Shown: positions 48,618-57,541 of the stretch, one piece after another
Numbering within the stretch: position 1 is the first letter of the stretch
How the letters are laid out: each line of letters opens with the position of its first letter
Source of the DNA: Patescibacteria group bacterium
Lineage (GTDB): Bacteria; Patescibacteriota; Microgenomatia; UM-FILTER-40-11
NCBI GenBank assembly: GCA_035530075.1
Contig: DATKVM010000002.1
Span: 103,348-167,347 of the forward strand
Length of the DNA stretch: 64,000 nucleotides
Direction of reading: 5' to 3'
Position numbers and translations under genes: made by a program
Notes under the pieces: model-generated
Told to the model about the DNA's origin: nothing
What the model saw: only the letters and a program-made list of their open reading frames with translations
Databases searched by the model: none

Positions 48618-48893
48618 GCCAGGGTGGCGGAGTGATCCCCACATTATGGCTTTGCCAAATGCGGGGCAAGTAAACGCAAGAAATTTTGCTGAGGTGGCGG
48701 AGTGGTCAAACGCACCAGTCTGTAAAACTGGCGGTCGAAAGGCCTACGTAGGTTCGAAACCTACCCTCAGCACAGCAAGATTTCGCCTTAAATCAACTTA
48801 ATTGCAATCTGCCTGTCCCGCAAAAATGCTTGTATTTGGGGGATAAAACTGGCGGTCGAAAGGCCTACTCAAGTTTGAGTCTTGACCCTGGCA
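48618..48893 (+). pseudogene. disrupted outer tRNA-Tyr whose halves flank the intact tRNA-Tyr
   Basis: 5' piece GCCAGGGTGGCGGAGTG (48618) and 3' piece TAAAACTGGCGGTCGAAAGGCCTAC..CCCTGGCA (48844..48893) have complementary acceptor ends. Confidence 0.7.
48688..48772 (+). tRNA. tRNA-Tyr(GTA)
   Basis: GCTGAGG/CCTCAGC acceptor, CCAGT-CTGTAAA-ACTGG, long variable arm, GGTTCGAAACC. Confidence 0.95.
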
Positions 48894-48901
48894 CCTCCGT
48901 T

Positions 48902-49531
48902 TTATAACTCACTGACGAAAAAACGAAGTTGTTCCCCTTCCAAGCTAAAATCAAGCTTAATCGGAAAGCTTTTATTGTTTTTAATATACAGGTTTTGAGC
49001 GGCCGAATTGTTGCCGCCACCAGACATAAAGTAAATGGAGACCCCATACTCCCGCTCAATCCCCGGAATGGCGGCAAAGTCGTGGTTAACCTCAGATACA
49101 ACCTCTAAACCGACCTGACGGGCAGTTTTATTCATTAAAGAGGCTAAGTGGCAAACCCCATTTCCCGGCAGGCCGGCAATGACCTTATAGCCATCTTTGA
49201 CGCCAAAGCCGCTTTCCTGAGTAACAATTTTCTTTCCCTCAAACTGAGGCAAAATGTTTTTATGAAAAGCAAAAACTTCCCCCGGCTGAAGAGCTAGCAC
49301 TCCCCCATTAACCTTCTTAAGATGGTCCACGGCAATAAGGATATTTTCTTTAAAACCCTCGTTAACGCTTTCCACCGGAGCCCGATGACTCAAGTCCAAG
49401 CTTTTCGAGGCCAGGAGGTGTTTCTCCCCCACTAACTGACCAGCCACGCCAGCAACTGGCGTATTCGAAACCCCCAGTTGAACCAGCAAAAGAGAAGCAG
49501 ACAATAAAGATGAAAGAATTAAATTTGACAT
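48902..49531 (-). CDS. VanW-like exported protein
   Basis: LQPGEVFAF, GNGVCHLASLM, NLYIKNNKSFPI. Confidence 0.7.
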   Translation of the reverse strand: MSNLILSSLLSASLLLVQLGVSNTPVAGVAGQLVGEKHLLASKSLDLSHRAPVESVNEGFKENILIAVDHLKKVNGGVLALQPGEVFAFHKNILPQFEGKKIVTQESGFGVKDGYKVIAGLPGNGVCHLASLMNKTARQVGLEVVSEVNHDFAAIPGIEREYGVSIYFMSGGGNNSAAQNLYIKNNKSFPIKLDFSLEGEQLRFFVSEL

Positions 49532-49657
49532 TGCCTGGCCGATTTGGCCACAAAAAAAGCGTCAAGCTGTTATGCTTGGCGCTTTTTATGAAGACAGCGG
49601 GATTGTAACACAGACTACAGGATAAATCAAGTCCGAAGCGCCGAATTCAGCCTCAAA

Positions 49658-50203
49658 CTATAGGCTTCTCGGCTCATTGTTATGGGCATCAACCGCCAGT
49701 TGCTGAGCTAGAGCTAAAGCCAGTCTCTCAAACTCTTGCAATTCACCGGAAGCCAAGCTCAGCGTTCTTGCTCTTTGAGCCGAAGATTCCTTTAATCCGG
49801 CTAAAAGCGAGAAGTGTTCTACTTTAGGTTCTTCCGGCTCCGGCAACTCTCTTTTTGTTTTGAGAAGCAAAGTTTTTGCCCTTCCCCTTGAGGGAATGAC
49901 GCTCATAAAGATTTCCCGATTAGCAATCGCCTCTAGTCGCTCTTCTCGGGTCATTTGTTCTAAAGTTTGGCGGAAATAGCCGGGGAAATAATCAGTGGCA
50001 ACCTGGAGATTAATTAAAGATGACGGTTGGCGTGAAGATAGCTGTCGACGAATAATGAGTCGTGAGCTGACTCCCTCGCGGTCAGGGGCCGAACTAACAG
50101 AGATCGACTCCGCTTCTCCATAAGTGGCCAAAAGTTGGGCCAATAGCTTATCCAATTGAGGGATTTCAATTTTTTCTGGTTGAGCCAGTTCTCTTTCATT
50201 CAT
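49658..50203 (-). CDS. hypothetical protein
   Basis: ORF with likely start MNERE after AAGGGG. Confidence 0.6.
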   Translation of the reverse strand: MNERELAQPEKIEIPQLDKLLAQLLATYGEAESISVSSAPDREGVSSRLIIRRQLSSRQPSSLINLQVATDYFPGYFRQTLEQMTREERLEAIANREIFMSVIPSRGRAKTLLLKTKRELPEPEEPKVEHFSLLAGLKESSAQRARTLSLASGELQEFERLALALAQQLAVDAHNNEPRSL

Positions 50204-50386
50204 TAGTTTCCCCTTCGAGCTTGAATAATCTAAAAGTAATTTACTAAAAGTAAATGAGAAGCCGGTAAGAAAAACAAAAGTCAGCGCTTCCCTGTTCCCA
50301 AACAAGCTCAATTTTGTTAAAATGGAAAATGGTAGTTCACGAAATTTACCTAAGTAGCTCAGTTGGCAGACCTGCCCGCCGTACTT

Positions 50387-50459
50387 GCCCTTGTAGCTCA
50401 GCTGGTAGAGCGCGTCTTTGGTAAAGACGAGGTCATGGGTCCGATTCCCATCGAGGGCT
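50387..50459 (+). tRNA. tRNA-Thr(GGT)
   Basis: GCCCTTG/CGAGGGC acceptor, CGTCT-TTGGTAA-AGACG; atypical T-loop TCCGATT. Confidence 0.9.
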
Positions 50460-50524
50460 CAATAAGGCAAAATTGTTAAAAAATCCGTGGAAATTTGTCT
50501 AAAATCATTGTATAATCAGCTCCT

Positions 50525-50695
50525 ATGGCAAAAGGACAAAGAATGATACTTGCTTTCGCCTGCTCAGTTTGCAAGCGACAAAATTATCTGACCAGCAAAA
50601 GCAAGACCAATACTCCGGACAAGTTGGTTCTAAAGAAGTACTGCAAGTGGTGTAAAAAAGTCACGGACCATAAGGAATCACTGAAATTTAAGTAA
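50525..50695 (+). CDS. rpmG: 50S ribosomal protein L33 (56 aa, absent from ORF track)
   Basis: Manual translation MAKGQRMILAFACSVCKRQNYLTSKSKTNTPDKLVLKKYCKWCKKVTDHKESLKFK. Confidence 0.93.
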   Translation: MAKGQRMILAFACSVCKRQNYLTSKSKTNTPDKLVLKKYCKWCKKVTDHKESLKFK

Positions 50696-50826
50696 AGAAC
50701 ATTGGTTTTCCCCCATTGCCCTACTCTTTATTATTCAAGAGGTCCGACGATTAAACTTTAGAAGCAACTGATTTGTCTGCAAGGTAACCCTTTGCAGGAT
50801 TATAAAAGGTGATATTGAAGCTTAAG

Positions 50827-51825
50827 CTAGCGCGAGAGTCTCTCGACAATTTGGCTAAAAGTCGCCCGATTCTTGTCTTTAAAAAAGGGATGAGGAATCC
50901 GGCTTAAGCGGTCGGGGAAAACTGCTGCCTCAATCCGATAAAATTCTAAATTGATAAGCCCGCCCGTGGCCTCTGCCAATCTTTCTAAATAACCTCCGTT
51001 AAGCCACTTTCTAATACTCATATCCTCCAAAGGATGGATATCAACCCCTTTTACTCTTGGCCCAATTCTTTCAATATTCTTCTCCCAGTCGCCATAATAA
51101 GGTTGGACCGGTTGCCCGGAACGACTAATGGTTTGACCTAAATCCTCTGAGTGCAAAGGGTCAATCACCACGCCGGTAATATCCGTCCGCGCGTCAATCT
51201 TCGCTAAAAGCCCGTCAAGATCTTCTACCTGACCTGGATAAAATTTAAAAAGCCAATCCCTCCCCCGAAAATCAAATTCAAACTCGTGATGAATCAGCTT
51301 TGCTTGAGGAAAGGCTTCAAAATAGGCTGTGAGAATCGTCTTACATTCCTCGACCGAAGGAAAAAATCCGTCTTGTTCAATGGGGGCCCGGCCTACTTTC
51401 GGAAAAAGCTCCCGGCCGACCGCCTTATTTAACTGGGGGCGAGCGATATCCCCGTAAGCTTTTCTAACCACAAAGTGATTAAAAGCCCCAAGAACGATGG
51501 CAACGGGCAAAGGATAATGGCGGACAAAAGGATTCCAGCCAACACCCAAATTGGCAACAACAATAGGAGAGCCTTCCATCCCGGCTGCCTCTTCATGGCT
51601 GGCAGCAACCAATGGTAAGCCATTTTTAGTCCTTGTCTCCTTGAGGCTGTCAATCGCCCCTTGTTGAAGTGCCCAACGGTGAGGAAGAAGACAGAGACTG
51701 TCGACCCCCAAAGAAGGCAGTTCTTCCCAAACCGCCAAAAAATCTTCTAGATTGGTGGTTTGGGTTAAAAATTCGGCGGAGTTAGCCTCAATATGGATTG
51801 GTCCACGACCTGGTCTTTCAATCAT
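50827..51825 (-). CDS. hypothetical protein, possibly TIM-barrel sugar isomerase-like
   Basis: 332 aa; VVIDPLH, GVDIHP, RIE patterns; directly downstream of the nucleotidyltransferase. Confidence 0.5.
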   Translation of the reverse strand: MIERPGRGPIHIEANSAEFLTQTTNLEDFLAVWEELPSLGVDSLCLLPHRWALQQGAIDSLKETRTKNGLPLVAASHEEAAGMEGSPIVVANLGVGWNPFVRHYPLPVAIVLGAFNHFVVRKAYGDIARPQLNKAVGRELFPKVGRAPIEQDGFFPSVEECKTILTAYFEAFPQAKLIHHEFEFDFRGRDWLFKFYPGQVEDLDGLLAKIDARTDITGVVIDPLHSEDLGQTISRSGQPVQPYYGDWEKNIERIGPRVKGVDIHPLEDMSIRKWLNGGYLERLAEATGGLINLEFYRIEAAVFPDRLSRIPHPFFKDKNRATFSQIVERLSR

Positions 51826-51832
51826 GAAATGA

Positions 51833-52732
51833 TTATACCAAGCCCTTCAAGTACTCCCTAAATTCTTCTCCGAACTCTTCCGACTCTAAGCCTAATTCAA
51901 CTAAAGTTTTGAGGTAGCCCAATTTATCGCCGGTATCAAAATAGCGGCAGCCTTGAAACTCCACCCCGTAAATCGGATAACCATCGGCCAGCATTTTCCC
52001 CATTCCATGGACATTGACATAAAGTTCTTTTCCCGGCAGTAAGCCTCTCCGGGCCTCTTCCAAATAATCAAAAACTTCCGGCAGTAAAACCTGTCCCGAC
52101 ATGGTGGCCAACTCTGATGGCGCCTTCCCTTCTCCGGGCTTTTCTACCAACTGGGTAACTCTAACCACATTTTTATCAACTTTATCACCCACTACAAAAC
52201 CCCAACGGTCCCCATCTCTCGGATCAGTTGTTCTCAGGCAACCAATCACCATTCCGCCAAACCTTTCGTAAACATCAATTGACTGCTTGGCCCTTGGTGG
52301 GTTGCCCAGATAAAACTCATCCGCCCAACTTAAAAAGAAAGGCTCATCCGCCACCGCTTCCTTGGCCGGGAGTAAGGCGGCCCCCGTACCAACTATCCCC
52401 CCTGGTTTTTGTTCCACAAAGTGAAAGTCCGCCAGGTTCTCAATCTTTTTTAGCTTTTCTATCTGCTCTTCTTTGCCTGCCTTCATCAAAAGCTCGTTTA
52501 AGACGACCGAGGGTTCAAAGTATTTTTTAGTTTCCGGAAAATAGGGTGAGACGACAAAGGTAATATCGGAAATGCCGCTTTCCACCAAATCTTCCACCAC
52601 ATATTGGATAATCGGCTTATCGATAACCGGGAACATTACCTTGGGAATCGCTTTTGAAGCCGGCAAGAATCTGGTCCCAAACCCCGCCGCCACAATCACC
52701 GCCTTCTTTACTTTCGACCGAGACCCTACCAT
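51833..52732 (-). CDS. galU: UTP--glucose-1-phosphate uridylyltransferase-like protein
   Basis: KAVIVAAGFGTRFLPASKAIPK, LVEKP, DTGDKLGY. Confidence 0.85.
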   Translation of the reverse strand: MVGSRSKVKKAVIVAAGFGTRFLPASKAIPKVMFPVIDKPIIQYVVEDLVESGISDITFVVSPYFPETKKYFEPSVVLNELLMKAGKEEQIEKLKKIENLADFHFVEQKPGGIVGTGAALLPAKEAVADEPFFLSWADEFYLGNPPRAKQSIDVYERFGGMVIGCLRTTDPRDGDRWGFVVGDKVDKNVVRVTQLVEKPGEGKAPSELATMSGQVLLPEVFDYLEEARRGLLPGKELYVNVHGMGKMLADGYPIYGVEFQGCRYFDTGDKLGYLKTLVELGLESEEFGEEFREYLKGLV

Positions 52733-52796
52733 AAGTAACCAAATTTAACGCCAAAAGAGGCTTTCTGTCAAGCTTCTGACTTGATAAAATAGAGAG

Positions 52797-53645
52797 ATGA
52801 TTGATACTCACGCCCACCTGAATTTTCCCTCGCTCTTGGAGCAGATTGAAAAAGTGGTAGCGGAAAGCCAAAAAGCCGGTATTACCGGGATTATCATTGC
52901 CGGTAGCCGTATAAAAGACTCTGCTTGTGCCGTTGAGCTGGCCCAAAAATACCCCGGCTACCTTTTTGCCTCAGTCGGTATCCATCCCCACAAGACTGAT
53001 CCAGAAAATCAGATGCCAATTGAAGAACAACTTCAGTCTCTTGAACGTCTAATACTTGACGCTAAACGCTCTCCCCTAGACGCTATCGTTGCTATCGGCG
53101 AGACCGGCCTTGATTTTTCCCTGGCTCCACCAGGCAACGAAGACCGACCAAAAGAAGAACAAATTAGGTTATTCCAGGAGCATATCAAGCTGGCTCAAAA
53201 ATATAATCTCCCACTCATAATTCACGCCCGGGAAGCAGTCGACGAAGTAATCGAAATCCTAACAATGAAACAATGGAACAATGAAGCAATGAAGGGCGTT
53301 TTCCACTGCTACGCCGGCGGCCGCAAAAGAATTCAGAAAATTTTAGATTTAGATTCCCCTGATACTTTTGACACTTCTGATACATCTGATACCTTTCCTC
53401 ATTGGTATTTTGGCTTTGACGGCAATTTAACTTACGATGAAGGCCTTCAAGCAGTCGTAAAATTAATCCCGCCGGAGCGGATTTTGATTGAAACCGATAG
53501 TCCTTTCCTGGCCCCGGTCCCCCATCGCGGCGAGATTAACACCCCGGCTTATTTGCCCTTAATTCAAGAGAAAATAAATGAAATTCTCGGCCAGGATTTG
53601 ACCAAACAAATCGAAAAGAATACCCGAAAGCTTTTCAATTTTTAA
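52797..53645 (+). CDS. tatD: TatD family hydrolase
   Basis: IDTHAHL, GIHPH, IGETGLD, IETDSPFLAP. Confidence 0.94.
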   Translation: MIDTHAHLNFPSLLEQIEKVVAESQKAGITGIIIAGSRIKDSACAVELAQKYPGYLFASVGIHPHKTDPENQMPIEEQLQSLERLILDAKRSPLDAIVAIGETGLDFSLAPPGNEDRPKEEQIRLFQEHIKLAQKYNLPLIIHAREAVDEVIEILTMKQWNNEAMKGVFHCYAGGRKRIQKILDLDSPDTFDTSDTSDTFPHWYFGFDGNLTYDEGLQAVVKLIPPERILIETDSPFLAPVPHRGEINTPAYLPLIQEKINEILGQDLTKQIEKNTRKLFNF

Positions 53646-53722
53646 GAAGAACTAGAGACGAAATTCAAAGATTTCCCCGACTACCAATTGCTAATCACTA
53701 TTAATTTTGATAAAATACCCTT

Positions 53723-53908
53723 ATGCCGCAAGCTAATCCGGCTAAGTTCTTTGGTGAAGTAAAAGCCGAACTTTTAAAAGTCACCTGGCCAGGGAGAGAG
53801 GAAGTGACTCGCTTAACCGCCGTGGTAATTATTATCTCTCTTGTTGTCGGGGCTTTTATCGGCGGCTTAGACTTTATTTTTACGAAAATTATTGAACTAA
53901 TACTCTAA
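53723..53908 (+). CDS. secE: preprotein translocase SecE
   Basis: EVKAELLKVTWP, one TM, before nusG. Confidence 0.93.
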   Translation: MPQANPAKFFGEVKAELLKVTWPGREEVTRLTAVVIIISLVVGAFIGGLDFIFTKIIELIL

Positions 53909-53910
53909 CT

Positions 53911-54543
53911 ATGGCAAACAAGAAGAAAGCGGTAAAACCTGTAGCAGCAGACTCTCAAGAAACTCAAGCTGTCAAAAAAGGTTTTGAAAATCATCTTATT
54001 ATTACTAAGTCCGATGACCCCCGGGCACGCTGGTATGTGGTCCATACCTACTCTGGCCACGAAGCTCGAGTGATGGCTTCTTTGCGCCAAAGAGTAGAGA
54101 CAATGCATCTTTCAGACCGGATATTGGAAATTTTAATCCCCACTCAAGAACAAATTCAGATTCGGGCCGGCAAAAAACACCAAGTAACCGAAAAAATTTT
54201 CCCTGGTTATATCTTGGTCAGAATGATTCTTGACGATAATTCCTGGCTGACAGTTAGAACCACCCAGGGGGTAACCGGTTTTGTTGGTGTCGGCAATAAA
54301 CCCACCCCTATCTCCGATGAAGAAGTAACCACTATTCAGAAGTTTATGAGCCTGGAAGCACCGAAATATCGCGCCAAGTTTTCTGTTAGCGAAGCCGTCA
54401 AGATTATCGACGGCCCTTTTTCCGAATTTTTGGGCTCAATTGAGAGCATTGATGAAGAGAGAGGCAAAGTGCGAGTTTTGGTCTCTATTTTCGGCCGAGA
54501 AACGCCAGTTGAACTGGACTTTTTACAAGTTAAGAAGCTATAA
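53911..54543 (+). CDS. nusG: transcription factor NusG
   Basis: WYVVHTYSGHE, FPGYILV, IFGRETPVELDF. Confidence 0.97.
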   Translation: MANKKKAVKPVAADSQETQAVKKGFENHLIITKSDDPRARWYVVHTYSGHEARVMASLRQRVETMHLSDRILEILIPTQEQIQIRAGKKHQVTEKIFPGYILVRMILDDNSWLTVRTTQGVTGFVGVGNKPTPISDEEVTTIQKFMSLEAPKYRAKFSVSEAVKIIDGPFSEFLGSIESIDEERGKVRVLVSIFGRETPVELDFLQVKKL

Positions 54544-54565
54544 TCCAATTCCCAATTTTTAAAAG

Positions 54566-54991
54566 ATGGCGACTAAAAAGGTTAAAACCATAATAAAACT
54601 CAACTTACCGGCGGGTGAAGCCACTCCTGCTCCTCCGGTTGGCCCGGCTTTGGGCCAACATGGTCTGCCGATTATGGATTTCATTAAGGCTTACAACGAG
54701 AGAACCGCTTCCCTTAAGGGCAATGTAATTCCAGCGGTGATTACCGTTTATGGGGATAGAACTTTTTCATTTATTACTAAACTTCCCCCGGTAGCGGCCA
54801 TGATTAAAAAAAGGTTGAATCTTCAAACTGCCTCAGGTAAGGCCGGTCGGGAAACAGTGGCTACCCTCAGTAAAGCTCAAGTGGAAGAAATTGCCAAAGA
54901 AAAAATGCCGGATTTAAATACGACCGACCTGGAAGCGGCCAAAAGGATTGTTGAAGGCACGGCCAGGAGCATGGGCATAAAGACAGAGTAA
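54566..54991 (+). CDS. rplK: 50S ribosomal protein L11
   Basis: [22 protein letters not shown]. Confidence 0.97.
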   Translation: MATKKVKTIIKLNLPAGEATPAPPVGPALGQHGLPIMDFIKAYNERTASLKGNVIPAVITVYGDRTFSFITKLPPVAAMIKKRLNLQTASGKAGRETVATLSKAQVEEIAKEKMPDLNTTDLEAAKRIVEGTARSMGIKTE

Positions 54992-55029
54992 GCATTTCCG
55001 ATTTCTAATTTCTAAAAATAAATATCACT

Positions 55030-55788
55030 ATGGCAAAAGCTAAAAAAACAGACGAGAAACAGGAAAAAGCCGTCAAAAAAGTGGCTAAGGCCGGCAAGGG
55101 CGAGCGGTTTGCCGATATGTCGGAAGGCGCGGTTGTTATTGACGAAACAGCCATAGAAAAGGGCCTAGAAGCCCCCCAAAAAGCCAAGAAAGCCCAGGAA
55201 CCAAAAGTAAGGGGCAAACAATATCAAGCAGCCAAAAAATTAATTGATAAGACAAAAACCTATTCTCCCAAAGAAGCTTTGGACTTGGTCAAAAAAATTT
55301 CTTTTGGCAAGTTTAATGGCACTGTGGAAGTTCACTTAAATGTCCTTGAAAAGGGCTTAAGCGGCAAAGTGACTCTCCCCCATTTTAGCGGTAAAAGTCG
55401 GCGAATAGCGGTCTTTAATGATGAACTTGCAGAAGAAATTAAAGCTGGCAAAATCAATTTCGAAGTTTTACTCACCTCCCCGGTGGATATGCCGAAAATT
55501 CTGCCCTTAGCTAAAGTTTTGGGGCCAAAAGGGCTAATGCCCAATCCGAAAAACGGCACTTTAGTTCCTGACCCAGAAAAAGCCCTGGCTAATTTTTCCG
55601 GCAACAGCTTGCATTTTCAGACAGAAAAAGACTTCCCGATTATTCATACCATCATTGGCAAAGTGGAACAACCAACCGAAGAGCTTTTGGAAAACTATCA
55701 AGCTTTAATCAAAGCTGTTAATCCCAAAAACATTAAAAAAACCACCATTAAATCCACCATGAGTCCAGGAATTAAGGTTGCTTTGTAA
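55030..55788 (+). CDS. rplA: 50S ribosomal protein L1 with N-terminal extension
   Basis: LGPKGLMPNPKNGT, STMSPGIKV. Confidence 0.95.
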   Translation: MAKAKKTDEKQEKAVKKVAKAGKGERFADMSEGAVVIDETAIEKGLEAPQKAKKAQEPKVRGKQYQAAKKLIDKTKTYSPKEALDLVKKISFGKFNGTVEVHLNVLEKGLSGKVTLPHFSGKSRRIAVFNDELAEEIKAGKINFEVLLTSPVDMPKILPLAKVLGPKGLMPNPKNGTLVPDPEKALANFSGNSLHFQTEKDFPIIHTIIGKVEQPTEELLENYQALIKAVNPKNIKKTTIKSTMSPGIKVAL

Positions 55789-55834
55789 TCCCCTCTTGCT
55801 TTCCCTTTTCCCTTATGCTAAAATCCTTTTATTG

Positions 55835-56025
55835 TCCTAAAGACAGTCAGCACTCAAAAGGAGTTTAATCCTGAGCGAACCAAGCTAAGCTTGGTGAGTC
55901 GAAGGACTGGCCGAGGGAAGACTAGCAACATAGCGCGATAGCAATGTAGCAACTTAGAAATTTCCCTAAATAGCTACGTCGCTAAATGGCTAAATACTAA
56001 TTTGCACCCTCGAGGTGCTTTTTTT
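55835..56025 (+). promoter_or_regulatory. L10 ribosomal leader, with inserted palindromic element and inverted short repeats
   Basis: AAGACAGTCAG..TTAA..CTGGCCGAGG..CCTCG pattern upstream of rplJ; TAAAAT -10 at ~55819. Confidence 0.6.
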
Positions 56026-56547
56026 ATGAAGAAACAAGACAAAATTTTTGAGGTTCAAAATTTAGCCGCCAAGATTAAAGATGCCAAATCGGTAGCCTTA
56101 GTTGATTATCGGGGCGTTTCCGCCAATCAGGCGACCGAACTACGGCATAAAATCCGAGAAAGCGGCGGCAATGTCCAGGTGGTCAAAAACCGCCTTTTCC
56201 TGCGGGCTTTGCGGGAAAATTCCTATCGTCAAGTTCCAAAAAAAGAACTGGAAGGACCAACGCTGGCTATTTTTGCCAATCAAGACGAAGTCGCCCCCTT
56301 AAAGACGGTGGTTGACTTTACTAAAGGCGTCGAGATTTTGCGCCTAAAAATTGGCTTTATGGCCGGCCGAATTTTATCCGGCCAAGAATTAAAACGTTTT
56401 GCTACCCTGCCCGGCAAAGAGCAGTTACGGGCTCAACTAGTTGGCCAGTTAGCGAGTCAACCAAGCCGTTTAGTTTACGCCTTAAACTATAACTTACAAA
56501 AATTAGCTTTAGCTCTGGATCAGATTAAAAACAAAAAACAGCAATAA
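56026..56547 (+). CDS. rplJ: 50S ribosomal protein L10
   Basis: [26 protein letters not shown]; start at MKKQDK. Confidence 0.95.
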   Translation: MKKQDKIFEVQNLAAKIKDAKSVALVDYRGVSANQATELRHKIRESGGNVQVVKNRLFLRALRENSYRQVPKKELEGPTLAIFANQDEVAPLKTVVDFTKGVEILRLKIGFMAGRILSGQELKRFATLPGKEQLRAQLVGQLASQPSRLVYALNYNLQKLALALDQIKNKKQQ

Positions 56548-56560
56548 GGAGGTGACAAAA

Positions 56561-56968
56561 ATGGCTGACGAAACAAAAACCAACAAAAAAGTCAAAGAAT
56601 TAATAACCGAAATTGAGAAACTCTCGGTTTTGGAATTAGCCGATTTAGTCAAGGCTTTAGAGGATAAATTCGGCGTCAGTGCAGCTCCAGTGGCAGTAGC
56701 CACTCCAGCCGCCACAACGACCCCAGCGGCTGGGGCAGCGCCGGCGGAAGAGCAAACCACTTTCAATGTGGTTTTGGCTAATGCTGGAGCCAATAAAATC
56801 TCGGTAATTAAAGCCGTTCGCGAAATTAACCAAACTTTAGGCCTTAAAGAGGCTAAAGATTTAGTCGAAGCGGCCCCGAAAGAGATTTTAACCGGCGTTA
56901 ATAAATCTACCGCCGAAGAAGCGAAGAAAAAGCTGGAAGCAGCGGGCGCAAGCGTCGAATTAAAGTAA
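56561..56968 (+). CDS. rplL: 50S ribosomal protein L7/L12
   Basis: [31 protein letters not shown]; AAGGAGGTG SD. Confidence 0.97.
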   Translation: MADETKTNKKVKELITEIEKLSVLELADLVKALEDKFGVSAAPVAVATPAATTTPAAGAAPAEEQTTFNVVLANAGANKISVIKAVREINQTLGLKEAKDLVEAAPKEILTGVNKSTAEEAKKKLEAAGASVELK

Positions 56969-56986
56969 ATTTAGCTCTGAAGAGAC

Positions 56987-57014
56987 AAAAACCCCGACGA
57001 ATGTCGGGGTTTTT
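56987..57014 (+). terminator. intrinsic terminator after rplL
   Basis: AAAAACCCCGAC-GAAT-GTCGGGGTTTTT. Confidence 0.85.
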
Positions 57015-57070
57015 GGTATATGAACAAAGTATACCCATCAGTAACTTTCTATTACACCTACTTAATACGC

Positions 57071-57214
57071 TATAAGCGAAGCTTGAAAGCATAACTCGAA
57101 AGCTTCGTTTTAAAGCGATTTTCTTTGTAGCAGAAAAATGCTTATAAGCAGAGCTTGAAAGCATTTCTGTAGCAGAAAAATGCTTATTGACAACATTTAA
57201 AATACTGTGATACT
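57071..57214 (+). promoter_or_regulatory. direct-repeat array plus sigma70 promoter of the HTH gene
   Basis: TGTAGCAGAAAAATGCTTAT x2, TATAAGCnnAGCTTGAAAGCAT x2, TTGACA at 57187, TGTGATACT -10. Confidence 0.6.
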
Positions 57215-57273
57215 CTTTCAATCAGAGTTACTTAGTCGTTAAAAGGTCAGCGGTTTTAAGTAAAGGAGGCGTT

Positions 57274-57486
57274 ATGTCTGAAAGAAAGCTCAATCTAGAG
57301 GAGCTCCCTGATTTACTTACCGTCCGTGAAGTAGCGGAAATCTTGAGAGTTTCTCCTCTAACCATTAAACGCTGGGGGAAGCGAGGCAAATTACCAGCGA
57401 TTAGAATTAACTCCCGCGGTGATCGAAGGTACAAAAAAGAAGCCGTTTTGTGGCTTTTAGGCATTCAGCCGAAGGGGCAGATTTAG
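57274..57486 (+). CDS. excisionase/BldC-like HTH DNA-binding protein
   Basis: LLTVREVAEILRVSPLTIKRW..GKL..GDRRY; AAGGAGG SD. Confidence 0.85.
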   Translation: MSERKLNLEELPDLLTVREVAEILRVSPLTIKRWGKRGKLPAIRINSRGDRRYKKEAVLWLLGIQPKGQI

Positions 57487-57541
57487 CCATCAGTAACCAG
57501 TAGATAGTGGCTAGCAAAACATACTATCTCCTCCCTAACTA

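Noticed and set aside
57274-57486. Prophage or ICE marked by an excisionase-like gene
   Set aside because: No integrase, att pair or phage genes nearby.
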